Made by a program: the position numbers and the translations under genes. A stretch of 64,000 bases of DNA from an uncultured Armatimonadetes bacterium. GTDB lineage: Bacteria; Armatimonadota; Hebobacteria; Hebobacterales; Hebobacteraceae. The stretch lies in contig OY970296.1 in NCBI GenBank assembly GCA_963716175.1, positions 1,984,001-2,048,000 of the forward strand, written 5' to 3'. Under the pieces are notes generated by a model, which saw only the letters and a list, made by a program, of their open reading frames with translations, had not been told where the DNA came from and made no database searches. Shown here piece by piece: positions 21,124 through 31,650 of this stretch. How positions within the stretch are numbered: position 1 is the first letter of the stretch; each line of letters starts with the position of its first letter.

Positions 21124-22869
21124 ATGAGAGCGGTTATCTTCCTGAGCTGTGTGGTGGGCCTGATGGCAATGCCCGCGGGCTGTGCGGCCGCAACGGATGC
21201 GGTCAAGTCACAGAAGCTGGTGCTGGAGGCGCCGACAGTTCATTGCCTGGGGGTGAGATGGTATGTGGCCGGGGATGAGAACGGGAACGCCTCGGTGCAG
21301 GTGAGTTATCGAGAGAAGGGGGAGAGCAGTTGGCATCAGGCGATGGACTTGTTCCGTGTGGGCACCGGGCCGGATTCGCAGGAAGGCGAGAAGCGACTCG
21401 AAAGCGGGGGCCGAGACGAGTGGCCGTTCCCGCTGGGCAACTTCTTCGCCGGAAGCGTGTTCGATCTGAAGCCAGACACGGTGTATGAAGTGAGGTTTGC
21501 CCTCTCTGATCCTGACGGCGGGAGGTTCGTGGAGAAGGTGCAGGCCCACACGCGCATGATCCCCGTGTCGCCGAAGCCGGAACGCACGCTCCATGTGGTA
21601 CCCGGCGCCGGGGGCGGAAGTGGGACACAGGAGGACCCGCTGCGCGGGCTGGAGGCGGCGGATGCGGTGGCCAGGCCGGGCGATCTACTCCTGGTGCACC
21701 AGGGCGTGTACCAGGGGCCGTGGGAGACCGACAAGAGCGGGAAACCGGGCGCGCCCATCGTATGGCGAGCGGCGGGAGACGGGGAGGCGGTGGTGGACGG
21801 CGGCGGGGCGCACCGGGCGGTGGGGGCAAACCAGACCCATGATCTGTTCTTCGAGGGGCTGGCGTTCCGCAACGCAGACTTCGTCTTCGTCGCGCACGGA
21901 GCTTCCAATCTCTCCGTGCAGCGGTGTCACTTCTACCAGTGTAACTACGGCTTCACCGCCCACAACAACGAGCCGCCCATGGGCGGCTTCTACATCGCCG
22001 ACAACCTGTTCGAGGGGCCCTCCACCTGGCCGCGCACGAAGGGGATCGAGGATGCGCGGGCGATTCAGGTGTCCGGTGAGGGGCACGACATCTGCTACAA
22101 CCGCATCCGCGGCTTTGGCGACGGCATTGACATCATGGGCTCCCCTCCCGGCCGCGCCATTGACTTCTACAACAACGAGATCTCCGAATGCACCAATGAC
22201 GCCATCGAGCTGGACTACGGCCAGACCAATGTGCGCGCATTCAGGAACCACATCACCAACTGCTTTGAGGGCATCAGCACCCAGCCGCTCTATGGTGGGC
22301 CCGCCTATATCTTCCGGAACGCTATGTACAACCTGGAGTACACTCCCTTCAAGATGCACAACCGTCCCTCTGGGGTATTGCTCTTCCACAACACGATAGT
22401 GAAGAGCGGCATCCCGTGGCCCCTCTACTCGGGCGCGCCAGTCGGGAAGGCGATGTCCTGCAACAACCTCTTTGTGGGCGGGCCGGCGGACTATGCGATG
22501 GAGTTCAGCCCATTGGTTGAACAGGCTCACTTCGACCACGATGGATTCGCGGGCGGACCTTTCGCCATGTTCGCCAAGTGGCGTGGCGAGCGATATGTCA
22601 CATTTGGTCACTTCCGGAGCCAGAGCGGCATCGAACGCCACTCGGTCTGGCTGGGGAACGGATCCCCCTTCGCCTCCGGGGTGAAGGTGCCGGCCAATCT
22701 CAGCGAGCAGTTCCCGATCACCGCCAACGACCTCCGGCTGAAGCCGCAGTCACGGGCTGTTGACGCAGGTCTGGTCCTCCCGAACCTGAATGACGGCTAC
22801 TCGGGCAAGGGACCGGACCTGGGGGCGTACGAGCTAGGGCAGGCGCTGCCACACTATGGGCCCCGGTAG
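21124..22869 (+). CDS. Secreted/lipoprotein right-handed beta-helix protein
   Basis: Signal peptide, PGDLLLVHQGVY, parallel beta-helix repeats, C-terminal PDLGAYE. Confidence 0.8.
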   Translation: MRAVIFLSCVVGLMAMPAGCAAATDAVKSQKLVLEAPTVHCLGVRWYVAGDENGNASVQVSYREKGESSWHQAMDLFRVGTGPDSQEGEKRLESGGRDEWPFPLGNFFAGSVFDLKPDTVYEVRFALSDPDGGRFVEKVQAHTRMIPVSPKPERTLHVVPGAGGGSGTQEDPLRGLEAADAVARPGDLLLVHQGVYQGPWETDKSGKPGAPIVWRAAGDGEAVVDGGGAHRAVGANQTHDLFFEGLAFRNADFVFVAHGASNLSVQRCHFYQCNYGFTAHNNEPPMGGFYIADNLFEGPSTWPRTKGIEDARAIQVSGEGHDICYNRIRGFGDGIDIMGSPPGRAIDFYNNEISECTNDAIELDYGQTNVRAFRNHITNCFEGISTQPLYGGPAYIFRNAMYNLEYTPFKMHNRPSGVLLFHNTIVKSGIPWPLYSGAPVGKAMSCNNLFVGGPADYAMEFSPLVEQAHFDHDGFAGGPFAMFAKWRGERYVTFGHFRSQSGIERHSVWLGNGSPFASGVKVPANLSEQFPITANDLRLKPQSRAVDAGLVLPNLNDGYSGKGPDLGAYELGQALPHYGPR

Positions 22870-23016
22870 CCGCCGCCGGGCGCGCCGCCAGCGGGGGCGG
22901 AGGGTGGAGCGTTCATGCCCAAGGGGCAGTCGGCGAGAGTGATCGTAGAGGGAGTCGGCCTGGTCCACCAGGACCGCGGACAGGACCGGCCCCTCGTTCT
23001 TATTCACGGCTCTGGA

Positions 23017-23104
23017 TGTCCACCGCTCGTGAAGCCGGCCTCAGGGCACCTCTCGACTCCGGCTGCCGCTCGTCTTGGAGTCACTGGACGGGGTTCTATC
23101 GCGC
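23017..23104 (+). repeat. Repeat R5 with head B
   Basis: TGTCCACCGCTCGTGAAGCCGGCCTCAGGGCACCTCTCGACTCCGGCTGCCGCTCGTCTTGGAGTCACTGGACGGGGTT. Confidence 0.85.
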
Positions 23105-23195
23105 AGGCAGGGAGGACACCACGGCAGGTCCGGGGCCGGCGCTCGCCGCGGTCACCCGTGCATACCGGACCTGGGATTGCCCCGCAAGCCCCCGA

Positions 23196-23750
23196 TCAGT
23201 CATGGTGGCCTATGGTCTGCTCGTCTCTCTTCGCTAGGTCGAGGACCATGTGGATGTCCTCTGGTTCGCGCTCGTATAGCTCCCTGTTGACATCCAGCGT
23301 CGGGCGGAAGCCGCGGCTGCGGTAGAACCCGACGGCCGAGCGCGACGGGGTGGCAGAGACGTACAGCGCGGCCGACCCCGCGTCTCGGGCAAGCCTCTCC
23401 ACCTCCTGCGCCAACCGCGTCGCAACACCCCGACGACGGTGAGTGCGACTGACCCACAGTCCCCCGAATTCGGACATGCCCGGGCTCAGGTGGGCACGGA
23501 AGATCGCAAGGCCCACAAGGAGATCGCCCTCGAACGCGCCGATCATCACGTCCCCCCTCACCAGGCGCTGGCGGATGCGTTCGACACGTCTGCTGCACTC
23601 CTCATCACTCCATCGGGCTCTAGTCCACTCCTCGGGTACGGCCACCACCTCGCCGTCGATCCACTGGTAGACGATGTCTCCATGCTCGGAGACATCCAGC
23701 TCGCGGAGGCGCTTGGCCTCATCTGGCCCCATCCATCTGGTCTCGATCAT
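23196..23750 (-). CDS. GNAT family N-acetyltransferase
   Basis: LWVSRTHRRRGVA acetyl-CoA motif; SATPSRSAVGFYRSRGF. Confidence 0.88.
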   Translation of the reverse strand: MIETRWMGPDEAKRLRELDVSEHGDIVYQWIDGEVVAVPEEWTRARWSDEECSRRVERIRQRLVRGDVMIGAFEGDLLVGLAIFRAHLSPGMSEFGGLWVSRTHRRRGVATRLAQEVERLARDAGSAALYVSATPSRSAVGFYRSRGFRPTLDVNRELYEREPEDIHMVLDLAKRDEQTIGHHD

Positions 23751-23882
23751 CGTAGATCTCTCCTGCCTCCGAGCGATGTGGCCTGCTCCCGCGCTATGTC
23801 TCCTCGCCGGTGAAAAGGAGACGCCTTCATTGCTTCGCCAACCTGCAAACGTGGCCCAATGGCGTCTGCTTCCCTCTGTCGC

Positions 23883-23970
23883 TGTCAACCGCCCGTGAAG
23901 CCGGCCTGAGGACACCCCCGACTCCGGTTGCCCCTCGGCTCGGAGTTGCTATCCGGGGGTTCGTCTCGTA
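23883..23970 (+). repeat. Repeat R6 with head B
   Basis: TGTCAACCGCCCGTGAAGCCGGCCTGAGGACACCCCCGACTCCGGTTGCCCCTCGGCTCGGAGTT. Confidence 0.88.
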
Positions 23971-24211
23971 TGTGTCCGGTATGGCAGGGCAGCCGCCCCA
24001 CGCTGGCGATCTTGGGCGGGCCCGCCCAGTTCGGGCCCCGACCAACTCCTAGCCCATCCCCAGTGCCTCCCAGACCAGGGATGTCCGCGAGGGCACAGAA
24101 TGGCACAAGAGGGGCTGTGCAGGGGGTCCGGGAGCCATATCGGCTTGCAGACATGATGATCTCGCCCTTCGCGGCGCTCACCATACCAACCACCTAGCGG
24201 GAGCCAACCGC

Positions 24212-25177
24212 ATGCGCGACATCCGCGTTGCCAGCGTCCAGTTCGAACACGCGCCCGGTGGTAAGCAGGCAAACCTCGACAAGATTCGTCACTTCGTCGC
24301 CGAGGCTGCCTCTCAGGGCGTGGAGATGATCGCCTTCCCGGAGTGCTGCATCACCGGCTACTGGTTCCTGCGCCACCTGTCCCACGATGAGATAGCCGCT
24401 TTGGCAGAGCCGCTGTATGACGGTCCGTCCTGCCAGGAACTGATGGCTCTGTCGCGGCGGTACGGGATAACGATTGGCGCGGGCATGATCGGGATCGAGG
24501 ATGGCCGGCGGATCTACAAGCCCTACGTGGTGGCGATGCCGAACGGCGAGTTCCGTCACCACCGGAAGCTCCACCCTTTCGTCCACCCCAGCATTGTGCG
24601 CGGCGGTTCCTACACGGTGTTCGACACTCCTCACGGCTGCCGCGTCGGTGTGCTCATCTGTTATGACTGCAATATCATCGAAAACGTGCGCATCGCCGCA
24701 CTGATGGGCGCGGAGGTTCTGCTCGCACCCCATCAGACCGGCGGCTGTCGCTCCAATGACCCCAACATCATGGGGATCATTGACCGCGCGCTCTGGGACA
24801 ACCGAAGTACCAACCCCGAGGCCATCGAGGACGAGTTCCGTGGCGAGAAGGGAAGAGGCTGGCTGATGCGGTGGCTGCCTTCCCGCGCCCACGACAACGG
24901 GATGTTCCTCATCTTCAGCAACGGGGTGGGGATAGATGATGATGAGGTCCGCACGGGCAACGCTATGATCATCGATCCCTATGGCCGTATCCTCTCCGAA
25001 ACCTGGAAGGCCCAGGACGATATGGTGGTGGCCGACCTCGACGCATCCCTGCTGCCAGAAAGCACCGGACGGCGGTGGATCCGAACACGCCGGCCCGAGC
25101 TCTATGGTCCGCTCAGGATACCCACCGGTCTTGAGCAGGACGCACGCGCGGTGCGGTTCGACGGCAAAGGCGCTTAG
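24212..25177 (+). CDS. Nitrilase / carbon-nitrogen hydrolase family protein
   Basis: E-K-C catalytic triad motifs FPEC, HRKLH and LICYD. Confidence 0.9.
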   Translation: MRDIRVASVQFEHAPGGKQANLDKIRHFVAEAASQGVEMIAFPECCITGYWFLRHLSHDEIAALAEPLYDGPSCQELMALSRRYGITIGAGMIGIEDGRRIYKPYVVAMPNGEFRHHRKLHPFVHPSIVRGGSYTVFDTPHGCRVGVLICYDCNIIENVRIAALMGAEVLLAPHQTGGCRSNDPNIMGIIDRALWDNRSTNPEAIEDEFRGEKGRGWLMRWLPSRAHDNGMFLIFSNGVGIDDDEVRTGNAMIIDPYGRILSETWKAQDDMVVADLDASLLPESTGRRWIRTRRPELYGPLRIPTGLEQDARAVRFDGKGA

Positions 25178-25507
25178 CCCAACTACGCCCGGCTCGGCCT
25201 GACCTGTTTCGTCTGGCTGTGCACCCCAATAGCCCTATCCAAGCACTCCTGGGCGGTTCTCTTCCCGGCTGAGTCGGTGCTATCCTTGCCTCATGAGTAC
25301 CGTTTCGAGCTTCCTGTCTAAGGGATGTTCCGTCAAACGTCGCCCGCGAGGCGTCGGACGCCCGCCGTGACCAGCCGGTCGCGGAACATGCGAGAGGCGG
25401 CCAGACACAAGGTCCGCTGTATCGTGGCACCCCGACCGGAGGCGCAGTGATCAGAGTTGAAGGGCCTGCCAGCAGCACCCTAGTGCGGGCCGCCGAACAT
25501 GCGTCGG

Positions 25508-25578
25508 CGGCGGCCCCGAGCACCCCCGACTCCGGCTACCCCCTCGGCTTGGAGTCACTGTCCGAGGTCCGGTCGCGG
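25508..25578 (+). repeat. Repeat R7
   Basis: CGGCCCCGAGCACCCCCGACTCCGGCTACCCCCTCGGCTTGGAGTCACTGTCCGAGGT. Confidence 0.9.
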
Positions 25579-25657
25579 ACGGGAGAGCGCATCGCGCGGG
25601 TCCGGTACCGGCGATCACTCGGCCGCCCGGGCATGCCGGACCGACGGCGGCAGCCGC

Positions 25658-27643
25658 CTATCCGAACCAGACCTGGTAGCCCGCGACAAGATCGGGTACT
25701 GCGGCGCCCACCAAGCCCCAGACGACGCCCGCGGTGAACACGTGGCCCAAGGCGAAGCCGAGGAAGCCTGGAACGGCCGCCCGGTAGAGCTTCATCCCTC
25801 CGTACCGTAGGATCAGCACCTTGCACAGCCACACGACGAGGAACGGGAACCAGACCAAGTCACCATAGGCAGTAGCCACGGCAAAACCGAGAGGGTGGAA
25901 TGGGGACCATCCGAGGCGTTGCCGTAGCCAGATCAGCGCGCCGGTCGCGACCACGCCCCATCCGGTGGCAGCGATGCGGGCCGGATCGGGCGCGATAGGA
26001 GCCCGCATCGCAGCCATCACCTCTCCGAAGTCACCCTGCGCGAGGTCGCTGCCCCAGATTGCGCCGTCGCGCAGATGAACGGCGCCGTATCGGTAGTAGG
26101 GAACGAAGTGGAAGTAGTACGCCACACCCAGGCCAATGACGAGCGCTAACATGACCGCGACCGCCATGTGCGAGGGCTTCATGCGGGTCTGCTCCGCAGT
26201 CTTGAAGCTGTCCACCTGGTAGCCGATGAGGGCCGGGAAGTAGCCGCGGGACAGGAAAGCCAGCAGCGCAAGCATAGTGAGCGTCGCCGGGTGGCCCCCT
26301 TGCATGAACACTGCTGTCCCCAGGGTGTAGAGCAGGATCTTCTTCTGCATCCAGAAGGGGAAGGCCCAGACCAGGGGCATGCCCGCTTCCGCGCGGATGC
26401 GCGCACACACGAGTGCCACCAGGCCGAGGATGACCATGTAGGCGATGGCCACCCAGGCTGCCATCCCCGCCATACCGCAGAACAGCAGCACGAGCAAGGA
26501 GCTCACCACCAGGCCTACGAGCGCCCATCGGAGTGGGAACGGCGCGCCCGCGTCACTGGGGCTTCGGGCCCGGCTGAGCAGCTCAGCAAGAGCCTGCCTG
26601 ATGGTGCCGCGTGCCGACCACAGCAGCCCAAGCCCCAGGAGGAGGAACGCGCCAAGGCTCTGCTCTTGCGGGTATGGCACGTCGGCAGCCGCATAGCCAT
26701 AGGAGGCAATCAACAGGGCTTCGAGCTTGTAGACAAGGAAGAAGAACCAGATGGAGAAGCTGATCTCGGTGGAGACCAGGAACCCGAAGCCGATCAGAAC
26801 CGGGGTGAAGTAGATAGGGAGGGGGAGTACGGAACTCCAGGGCAAGCTCGGAGAGGCCGGTCCCACATAGCCATACCAGGCTAGGCCGGGTAGTGCCGGA
26901 TAAAGCGCGTGCAGGATATTGACGAGGTTGAAGAGGAAGGTCAGGCTGAACCCGACCCACATGACAGGATTGAGGAAGAATGGACGTCGGGTCGCACGTC
27001 CCATTGTCGGACTGGTCATCTCCAGGGCGAGCTCGACGATGGGGAAGCTGAGGCGTTCCTCCTGGACCCACCGCCTTCGCACCAGTGCCACCATGCACAG
27101 CATGGCGGTCCAGAATGCCGCAAGGAAGCCGCTCCAGACCAGAAGAGGAACCAGCCACGCGCCCCAGGGGACTGGGCCTGACCCCATATACAGACCCTCT
27201 ACGATCGCGGGGCTGTGGGGCGCCATCCAGTTGGGTATCCACCGCTGGAGTGAAACCAGATCGTTCTCCGGCCTGGCGAAGTAGAAGGGGTACGTCACCG
27301 AAGCCAGCCAGTACCGGATCACTCCAACCCCGGCCATCGAGATGGCAATCCCCACGAAGGTGTAGATCGCGAGGATCTCCACCCGGCTCAGTTGCGCCCC
27401 CCGCCGGATCGCGCGCAGGAGTGGGTTGATGGCCAGCAGGAGCATCAGCGCGCCCAGGGCGGGGATGGCGGGCACTGCCTCCGATATCTGGGTCGAGATC
27501 ACGACGATCTCGGCCTGCCGGACCCAGAGCCCGCAGGTGATAGTGAGCAGGACCGCGATTAGGAGGGCTCGCCAGGTCAGCGCCTCCGAAGCCTCCTTCG
27601 CAGTCTGCGTGGCGCGTGTTCGTCCCGGACCAGTCGCGGTCAT
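25658..27643 (-). CDS. Polytopic membrane protein, DUF6785/DUF6784-like
   Basis: Many transmembrane segments; RRWVQEERLSFPI, RIRAEAG, FHPLGF and LRYGGMKLYR motifs. Confidence 0.75.
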   Translation of the reverse strand: MTATGPGRTRATQTAKEASEALTWRALLIAVLLTITCGLWVRQAEIVVISTQISEAVPAIPALGALMLLLAINPLLRAIRRGAQLSRVEILAIYTFVGIAISMAGVGVIRYWLASVTYPFYFARPENDLVSLQRWIPNWMAPHSPAIVEGLYMGSGPVPWGAWLVPLLVWSGFLAAFWTAMLCMVALVRRRWVQEERLSFPIVELALEMTSPTMGRATRRPFFLNPVMWVGFSLTFLFNLVNILHALYPALPGLAWYGYVGPASPSLPWSSVLPLPIYFTPVLIGFGFLVSTEISFSIWFFFLVYKLEALLIASYGYAAADVPYPQEQSLGAFLLLGLGLLWSARGTIRQALAELLSRARSPSDAGAPFPLRWALVGLVVSSLLVLLFCGMAGMAAWVAIAYMVILGLVALVCARIRAEAGMPLVWAFPFWMQKKILLYTLGTAVFMQGGHPATLTMLALLAFLSRGYFPALIGYQVDSFKTAEQTRMKPSHMAVAVMLALVIGLGVAYYFHFVPYYRYGAVHLRDGAIWGSDLAQGDFGEVMAAMRAPIAPDPARIAATGWGVVATGALIWLRQRLGWSPFHPLGFAVATAYGDLVWFPFLVVWLCKVLILRYGGMKLYRAAVPGFLGFALGHVFTAGVVWGLVGAAVPDLVAGYQVWFG

Positions 27644-27883
27644 GGCCTCTCTGTGCTCGCCCAGCGATCTGTCCTGCCGGTGGTCTGGCGATATGCGGCA
27701 CGGATGTCCAACAGGATGAGACGGCGTGCGATTGTCACATCGGCACGGAACGCCTGTCAAGGCGTGGATGGGCGCAGTCCCAGTCGGCCGACGCCGCTGC
27801 CTTCCGGGCAGTCGGGACCGGACTCTCAGCAGGGCACGTAGGGTCCGCCACAGTGGAGCATCCGGGCCCGCCCCCGCGCGTCG

Positions 27884-27935
27884 ACCCCTCGACTCCGGCT
27901 ACCCCCTAGCTGAGAGTCACCGTCAGGGGCCTCGT
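27884..27935 (+). repeat. Repeat R8
   Basis: ACCCCTCGACTCCGGCTACCCCCTAGCTGAGAGTCACCGTCAGGGG. Confidence 0.85.
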
Positions 27936-28147
27936 GGCCTGTAGGATGGCGATCTTCCCCATCCAAGAGCGGCAGACTGCCTCAGGAGGTATAGGGGGCA
28001 GCGGGCCGAAGAGGTCCCTCTGTGGTGGGTGAGCAGCTGGGCGCACCAGGAGGACGATGACCTTCACCTTGGGCGCGGCGCATCCTCTGCGGAGTTGCAC
28101 GCTTACTCAGGAGCTTGTGACGCCCAAGGCACAGGGACGGGCTAGCG

Positions 28148-30805
28148 ATGAGAACCAGTAGTGTCGTTGCTGCAGCAATCCTTGTTGGTCTGCTCGCCAC
28201 GTCTGCGCAGGCGGAGTGGGAATCGTTCGGGCCAGGCGGCGGTGGCTGGCTGTGGTCACTGACGGTCGCGCCCGATGCCGCCGGGACGATCTACGTGGGG
28301 TGCGACGTCGGGGGCGTATACCGTAGCTCCGACCACGGCAGCTCCTGGTCGATGGTCACCACGGGCCTCCAAAACTACTACGTGCAGGCCCTCGCGGTCG
28401 ACGCAGCGCGGCCGTCCACGGTCTACGCTGGCACTCGTGGCGGCGTCTACAAGAGCGTGGACGGCGGCGACCATTGGGCGATGAAGCGAAGTGGCTTCCC
28501 TCCGCTCGCGATCTGGGACACTACGGCGCCCGTCGCCTCGGTGGCGATCGACCCAACGGATAGCCGCCACCTCCTGGCTGGCATCGGCGACCCGCCGACC
28601 AGGCCGATGGGCTGCCGGCGCGGTGGCATCTATGTGTCGCACGACGCCGGCGAGACCTGGAGATCGGTCAGCTCCCCAGCGACATTCTCCCAGGCACAGG
28701 TCTACTCCATCGTCTTCTCTCCCCACAGCCCCAAGCTCGTTCTTGCGGCGACGTCCAGCGGCGTCTTCCGCAGCCGCGATGGTGGTTGGACGTGGGCGAA
28801 GTCCGGAAGAGGGATGCCGTCCCTCGCCGCGGTCGGGCTCTGTCCCGACGGCCGCCGACCTGGCGTGTTCTACGCCACTTTCCTCGATGATCGGACGCGT
28901 TCGGGCGGAGTCGCGAAGAGCGGCGACTTCGGCCTTACTTGGCGCGTCGTCCACTCCCGGACAGGCGAAGGCTACCAGTTTTGGCGTGTCCTCGCCGACC
29001 CCACGAAGCCAGACACCGCGTATGCGGCGGTCGCCACCGACCCAGGCATTCTCAGGACGAGTGATGGCGGCAAGAGCTGGCTGCGCGTCACCCGCGACGA
29101 TAACGTGCGTTCCGCCTGGTTCGGCCGCGGCTTCATCTGCACAGCCTTCGCGATCGATCCCAGAGACCCGCAGCGGCTCTACTATGCCAACGACATGGAC
29201 ATCTACGCTACCGACGACAGCGCTCACACGTGGCATCAGATCGCCACCGACCAAGTCAGACAGCCGGGTCCCGATGAGTGTGCCTCCTGGCGAGGCCGCG
29301 GATTCGAGACCACCTGCAGCTCCGCCATTGCGGTTGCTCCGGGGTACCCGAACCTGCTCTATCTCGGGTACTGGGACACTGGCCTTTGGGTGAGCTTCGA
29401 TGGTGGCCGGACGCTGAGCTGGAGCACGGACTGGATGAGCTATGGCAAGGCGGCGGCAGTGGCCGTTGACCCCAAGTGCCCCTGGCGAGCGTGGATGAGC
29501 TTCGGGCCGAACGAGGGCCCGCATCGCATCTGGCGCACGGACAACTACGGCAAGGACTGGAGGCTGGTCGGCTACGAAGACACCGGTCTCCCCTCCGGCG
29601 CGATCTTCTCACTCGCAGTTGACGGGTCCAGCCCATCCGAGAGCCGGATTCTCTACGCGCCGGTAGCCGGCAGGGGGGTCTACAGGTCTCAAGACGGGGG
29701 CGAGGCCTGGCAGCGAGTAGACGACGGGCTGGGCGGCAATCTGCAGTTCACTGCTTTGGTTCTGGACCCGCGAGACCCGGATGTGATGTACGCTGGGATT
29801 GCCACCGATGAGGGACGACAAGGGTCAGGCGTCTGGCGAAGCGAGGACGGCGGCCGACACTGGTCACTGATCGCCAGCATCCCCGAACGGCCTACCGTCG
29901 CGGTCGCTCCGTCCGATCCGAACGTCATCTACGTCGGCGAGCGGGACTACTCCAGCGTTGGGAAGGGCGGCCTCTACCGCAGTTCCAACCGCGGCGGGAC
30001 CTGGCAACTGATGGCTGAGAGGGTCCAGGCCGGCGTCGGGAACCTGGCGCGCACCTACATCAGAGACCTGGCCGTCGACCCACGCGACTCTAACATCGTC
30101 TACGTGACCTCCATAGACGAGAGCTACGATCTCAGCTGCGGCAAGGGCGTCTTCGTGTCCCGCGATGGCGGCCGCACCTGGCAGGCGATGAATGACGGAA
30201 TCACCAACCTGAACGTCGAGAACCTCGTGCTCGACCCGAACCAGCCTGACCGCATGTACGCGGGCACCGGCGGCAATGGATTCTTCCGTTGGGGGAACTG
30301 GGCCGAGGCCAAGCCATTGCCGGCCGTGCCGGAGTCGCCACTACCGCCCGATCCCAACTGCCTTGCTGCGAACGGATGGACCTGTACGGCCGACAGGCGG
30401 CATGAGATCACGGTCCGCGACGAGGCCTTCTGGTGGGGCCGCGGCTATGTGCTCGCCCGCCTGGACGCTTCGTCGCCCGGGGCCAGCGTTAGCAGGGAGT
30501 TCGCTGACCCGCTCGACCTCTCCCGAGCGAAGGTGGTTTCTTTGCGTCTGCGCGGGAAGCCGGCTGACGACGAGGCGCTGTGTCTCTCTCGGATCGTGCT
30601 CTACGATGTCCACGGCCATCAACTCATCTATGAGCCCGATGTGGAGCTTCACACCACGTGGGCTCTGGTTGAGCTTCCGCTTCGAGACTGGTCCGGCGCC
30701 GACTTCGACCGTTCGTCGGTCAGGCGGATCGAGTTCGTTTTCTGGGTCCCCTACCCCGGCGGAAAGCCCTATGAGTTCGCCGTAGGCGGAATCAGGGATC
30801 GGTAG
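28148..30805 (+). CDS. Secreted Asp-box/VPS10-like beta-propeller glycoside hydrolase with a C-terminal CBM-like domain
   Basis: Signal peptide, GPGGGG start, many S.DGG.TW Asp-boxes. Confidence 0.85.
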   Translation: MRTSSVVAAAILVGLLATSAQAEWESFGPGGGGWLWSLTVAPDAAGTIYVGCDVGGVYRSSDHGSSWSMVTTGLQNYYVQALAVDAARPSTVYAGTRGGVYKSVDGGDHWAMKRSGFPPLAIWDTTAPVASVAIDPTDSRHLLAGIGDPPTRPMGCRRGGIYVSHDAGETWRSVSSPATFSQAQVYSIVFSPHSPKLVLAATSSGVFRSRDGGWTWAKSGRGMPSLAAVGLCPDGRRPGVFYATFLDDRTRSGGVAKSGDFGLTWRVVHSRTGEGYQFWRVLADPTKPDTAYAAVATDPGILRTSDGGKSWLRVTRDDNVRSAWFGRGFICTAFAIDPRDPQRLYYANDMDIYATDDSAHTWHQIATDQVRQPGPDECASWRGRGFETTCSSAIAVAPGYPNLLYLGYWDTGLWVSFDGGRTLSWSTDWMSYGKAAAVAVDPKCPWRAWMSFGPNEGPHRIWRTDNYGKDWRLVGYEDTGLPSGAIFSLAVDGSSPSESRILYAPVAGRGVYRSQDGGEAWQRVDDGLGGNLQFTALVLDPRDPDVMYAGIATDEGRQGSGVWRSEDGGRHWSLIASIPERPTVAVAPSDPNVIYVGERDYSSVGKGGLYRSSNRGGTWQLMAERVQAGVGNLARTYIRDLAVDPRDSNIVYVTSIDESYDLSCGKGVFVSRDGGRTWQAMNDGITNLNVENLVLDPNQPDRMYAGTGGNGFFRWGNWAEAKPLPAVPESPLPPDPNCLAANGWTCTADRRHEITVRDEAFWWGRGYVLARLDASSPGASVSREFADPLDLSRAKVVSLRLRGKPADDEALCLSRIVLYDVHGHQLIYEPDVELHTTWALVELPLRDWSGADFDRSSVRRIEFVFWVPYPGGKPYEFAVGGIRDR

Positions 30806-31019
30806 TTGTGCACCACAGACGCGCTATCTGGGCGTTCCGGGCGAATGCGAGCAGCTGGTGCCGCGGTCAGGCCGCTAAGTGTCAGCCGCCTCCTGATGTA
30901 GACCACCGCCGCCGAATCCGAATTCCTGCGCGCAGGGACCAGTGACCGCTCTTCCGGGCCTGATCCGGTGTTTCCTCAGGCCTACCGCAGGGCGTCCGGC
31001 CGCCCCGCCGAACCATCCT

Positions 31020-31092
31020 TGCCGACGGCCCCGGCCACTCCCGACTCCGGCTACCCCTTCGGCTGGGAGTCAGTGTCCAGGATGCGTCGCGG
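31020..31092 (+). repeat. Repeat R9
   Basis: TGCCGACGGCCCCGGCCACTCCCGACTCCGGCTACCCCTTCGGCTGGGAGTCAGTGTCCAGGATGCGTCGCG. Confidence 0.9.
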
Positions 31093-31224
31093 ATGGCCTG
31101 CCGGCACGGAGCGCGCCCAACGGCTGAGGTTGGGTACTAGCGCTGGCGACGAGCGGGATGAGCCACCACCAGAGCAGAAGACTGTCTGCAGCGCCGCGGC
31201 CGGGCCAGGGACCCGGGCACGCAC

Positions 31225-31530
31225 GTGATAAGGACACCGGACTTGCAGGAGGTGACAATAGGACTTGCCACCCGCCGTAGGGACGAGATGGCCAGCAGGG
31301 AAGTGGAGTCCTACCTGAAGGAGGGTGGTGACCTGGTCTTCGTCCCCTTCGGACCGATCAGCGGCCACGGGGCGTTCATCCCGATGGGGATGCACGGCCA
31401 CTGGGCACACGCGTTCAGCCTGCTGCTGGCTGAGAAGGCGAATGGTCTCGTATTCCCGGTGACCTGGTGCTGCTACGCGGGCGCCACGCGCACCTTCGCC
31501 GGCACCGTGTCATTCCCGATCGCAGAGTAG
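31225..31530 (+). pseudogene. Creatininase-family N-terminal fragment
   Basis: EVESYL..GDLVFVPFGPISGHG...PMG...FAGTVS; far shorter than a full enzyme. Confidence 0.65.
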
Positions 31531-31612
31531 CCCGATCTCCGCACTCACCTGACGAAGGTTCTTGAGAGGCACAAAGGTGTGCTCTGTCATGGTCTCCGGT
31601 GGGGCGGACGAG

Positions 31613-31621
31613 TGCTATAAT
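31613..31621 (+). promoter_or_regulatory. Extended -10 promoter (TGnTATAAT)
   Basis: TGCTATAAT about 30 bp upstream of the ATG at 31651, which has a GAGGAG RBS. Confidence 0.55.
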
Positions 31622-31650
31622 CCACCATCGCAGTGGATGAGGAGCGAGAG

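Noticed and set aside
23883-23915. IscB/omegaRNA or IS200/605 end, suggested by the GTCAAC start
   Set aside because: The following hairpin does not fit, and there is no IscB, TnpB or TnpA gene in the window
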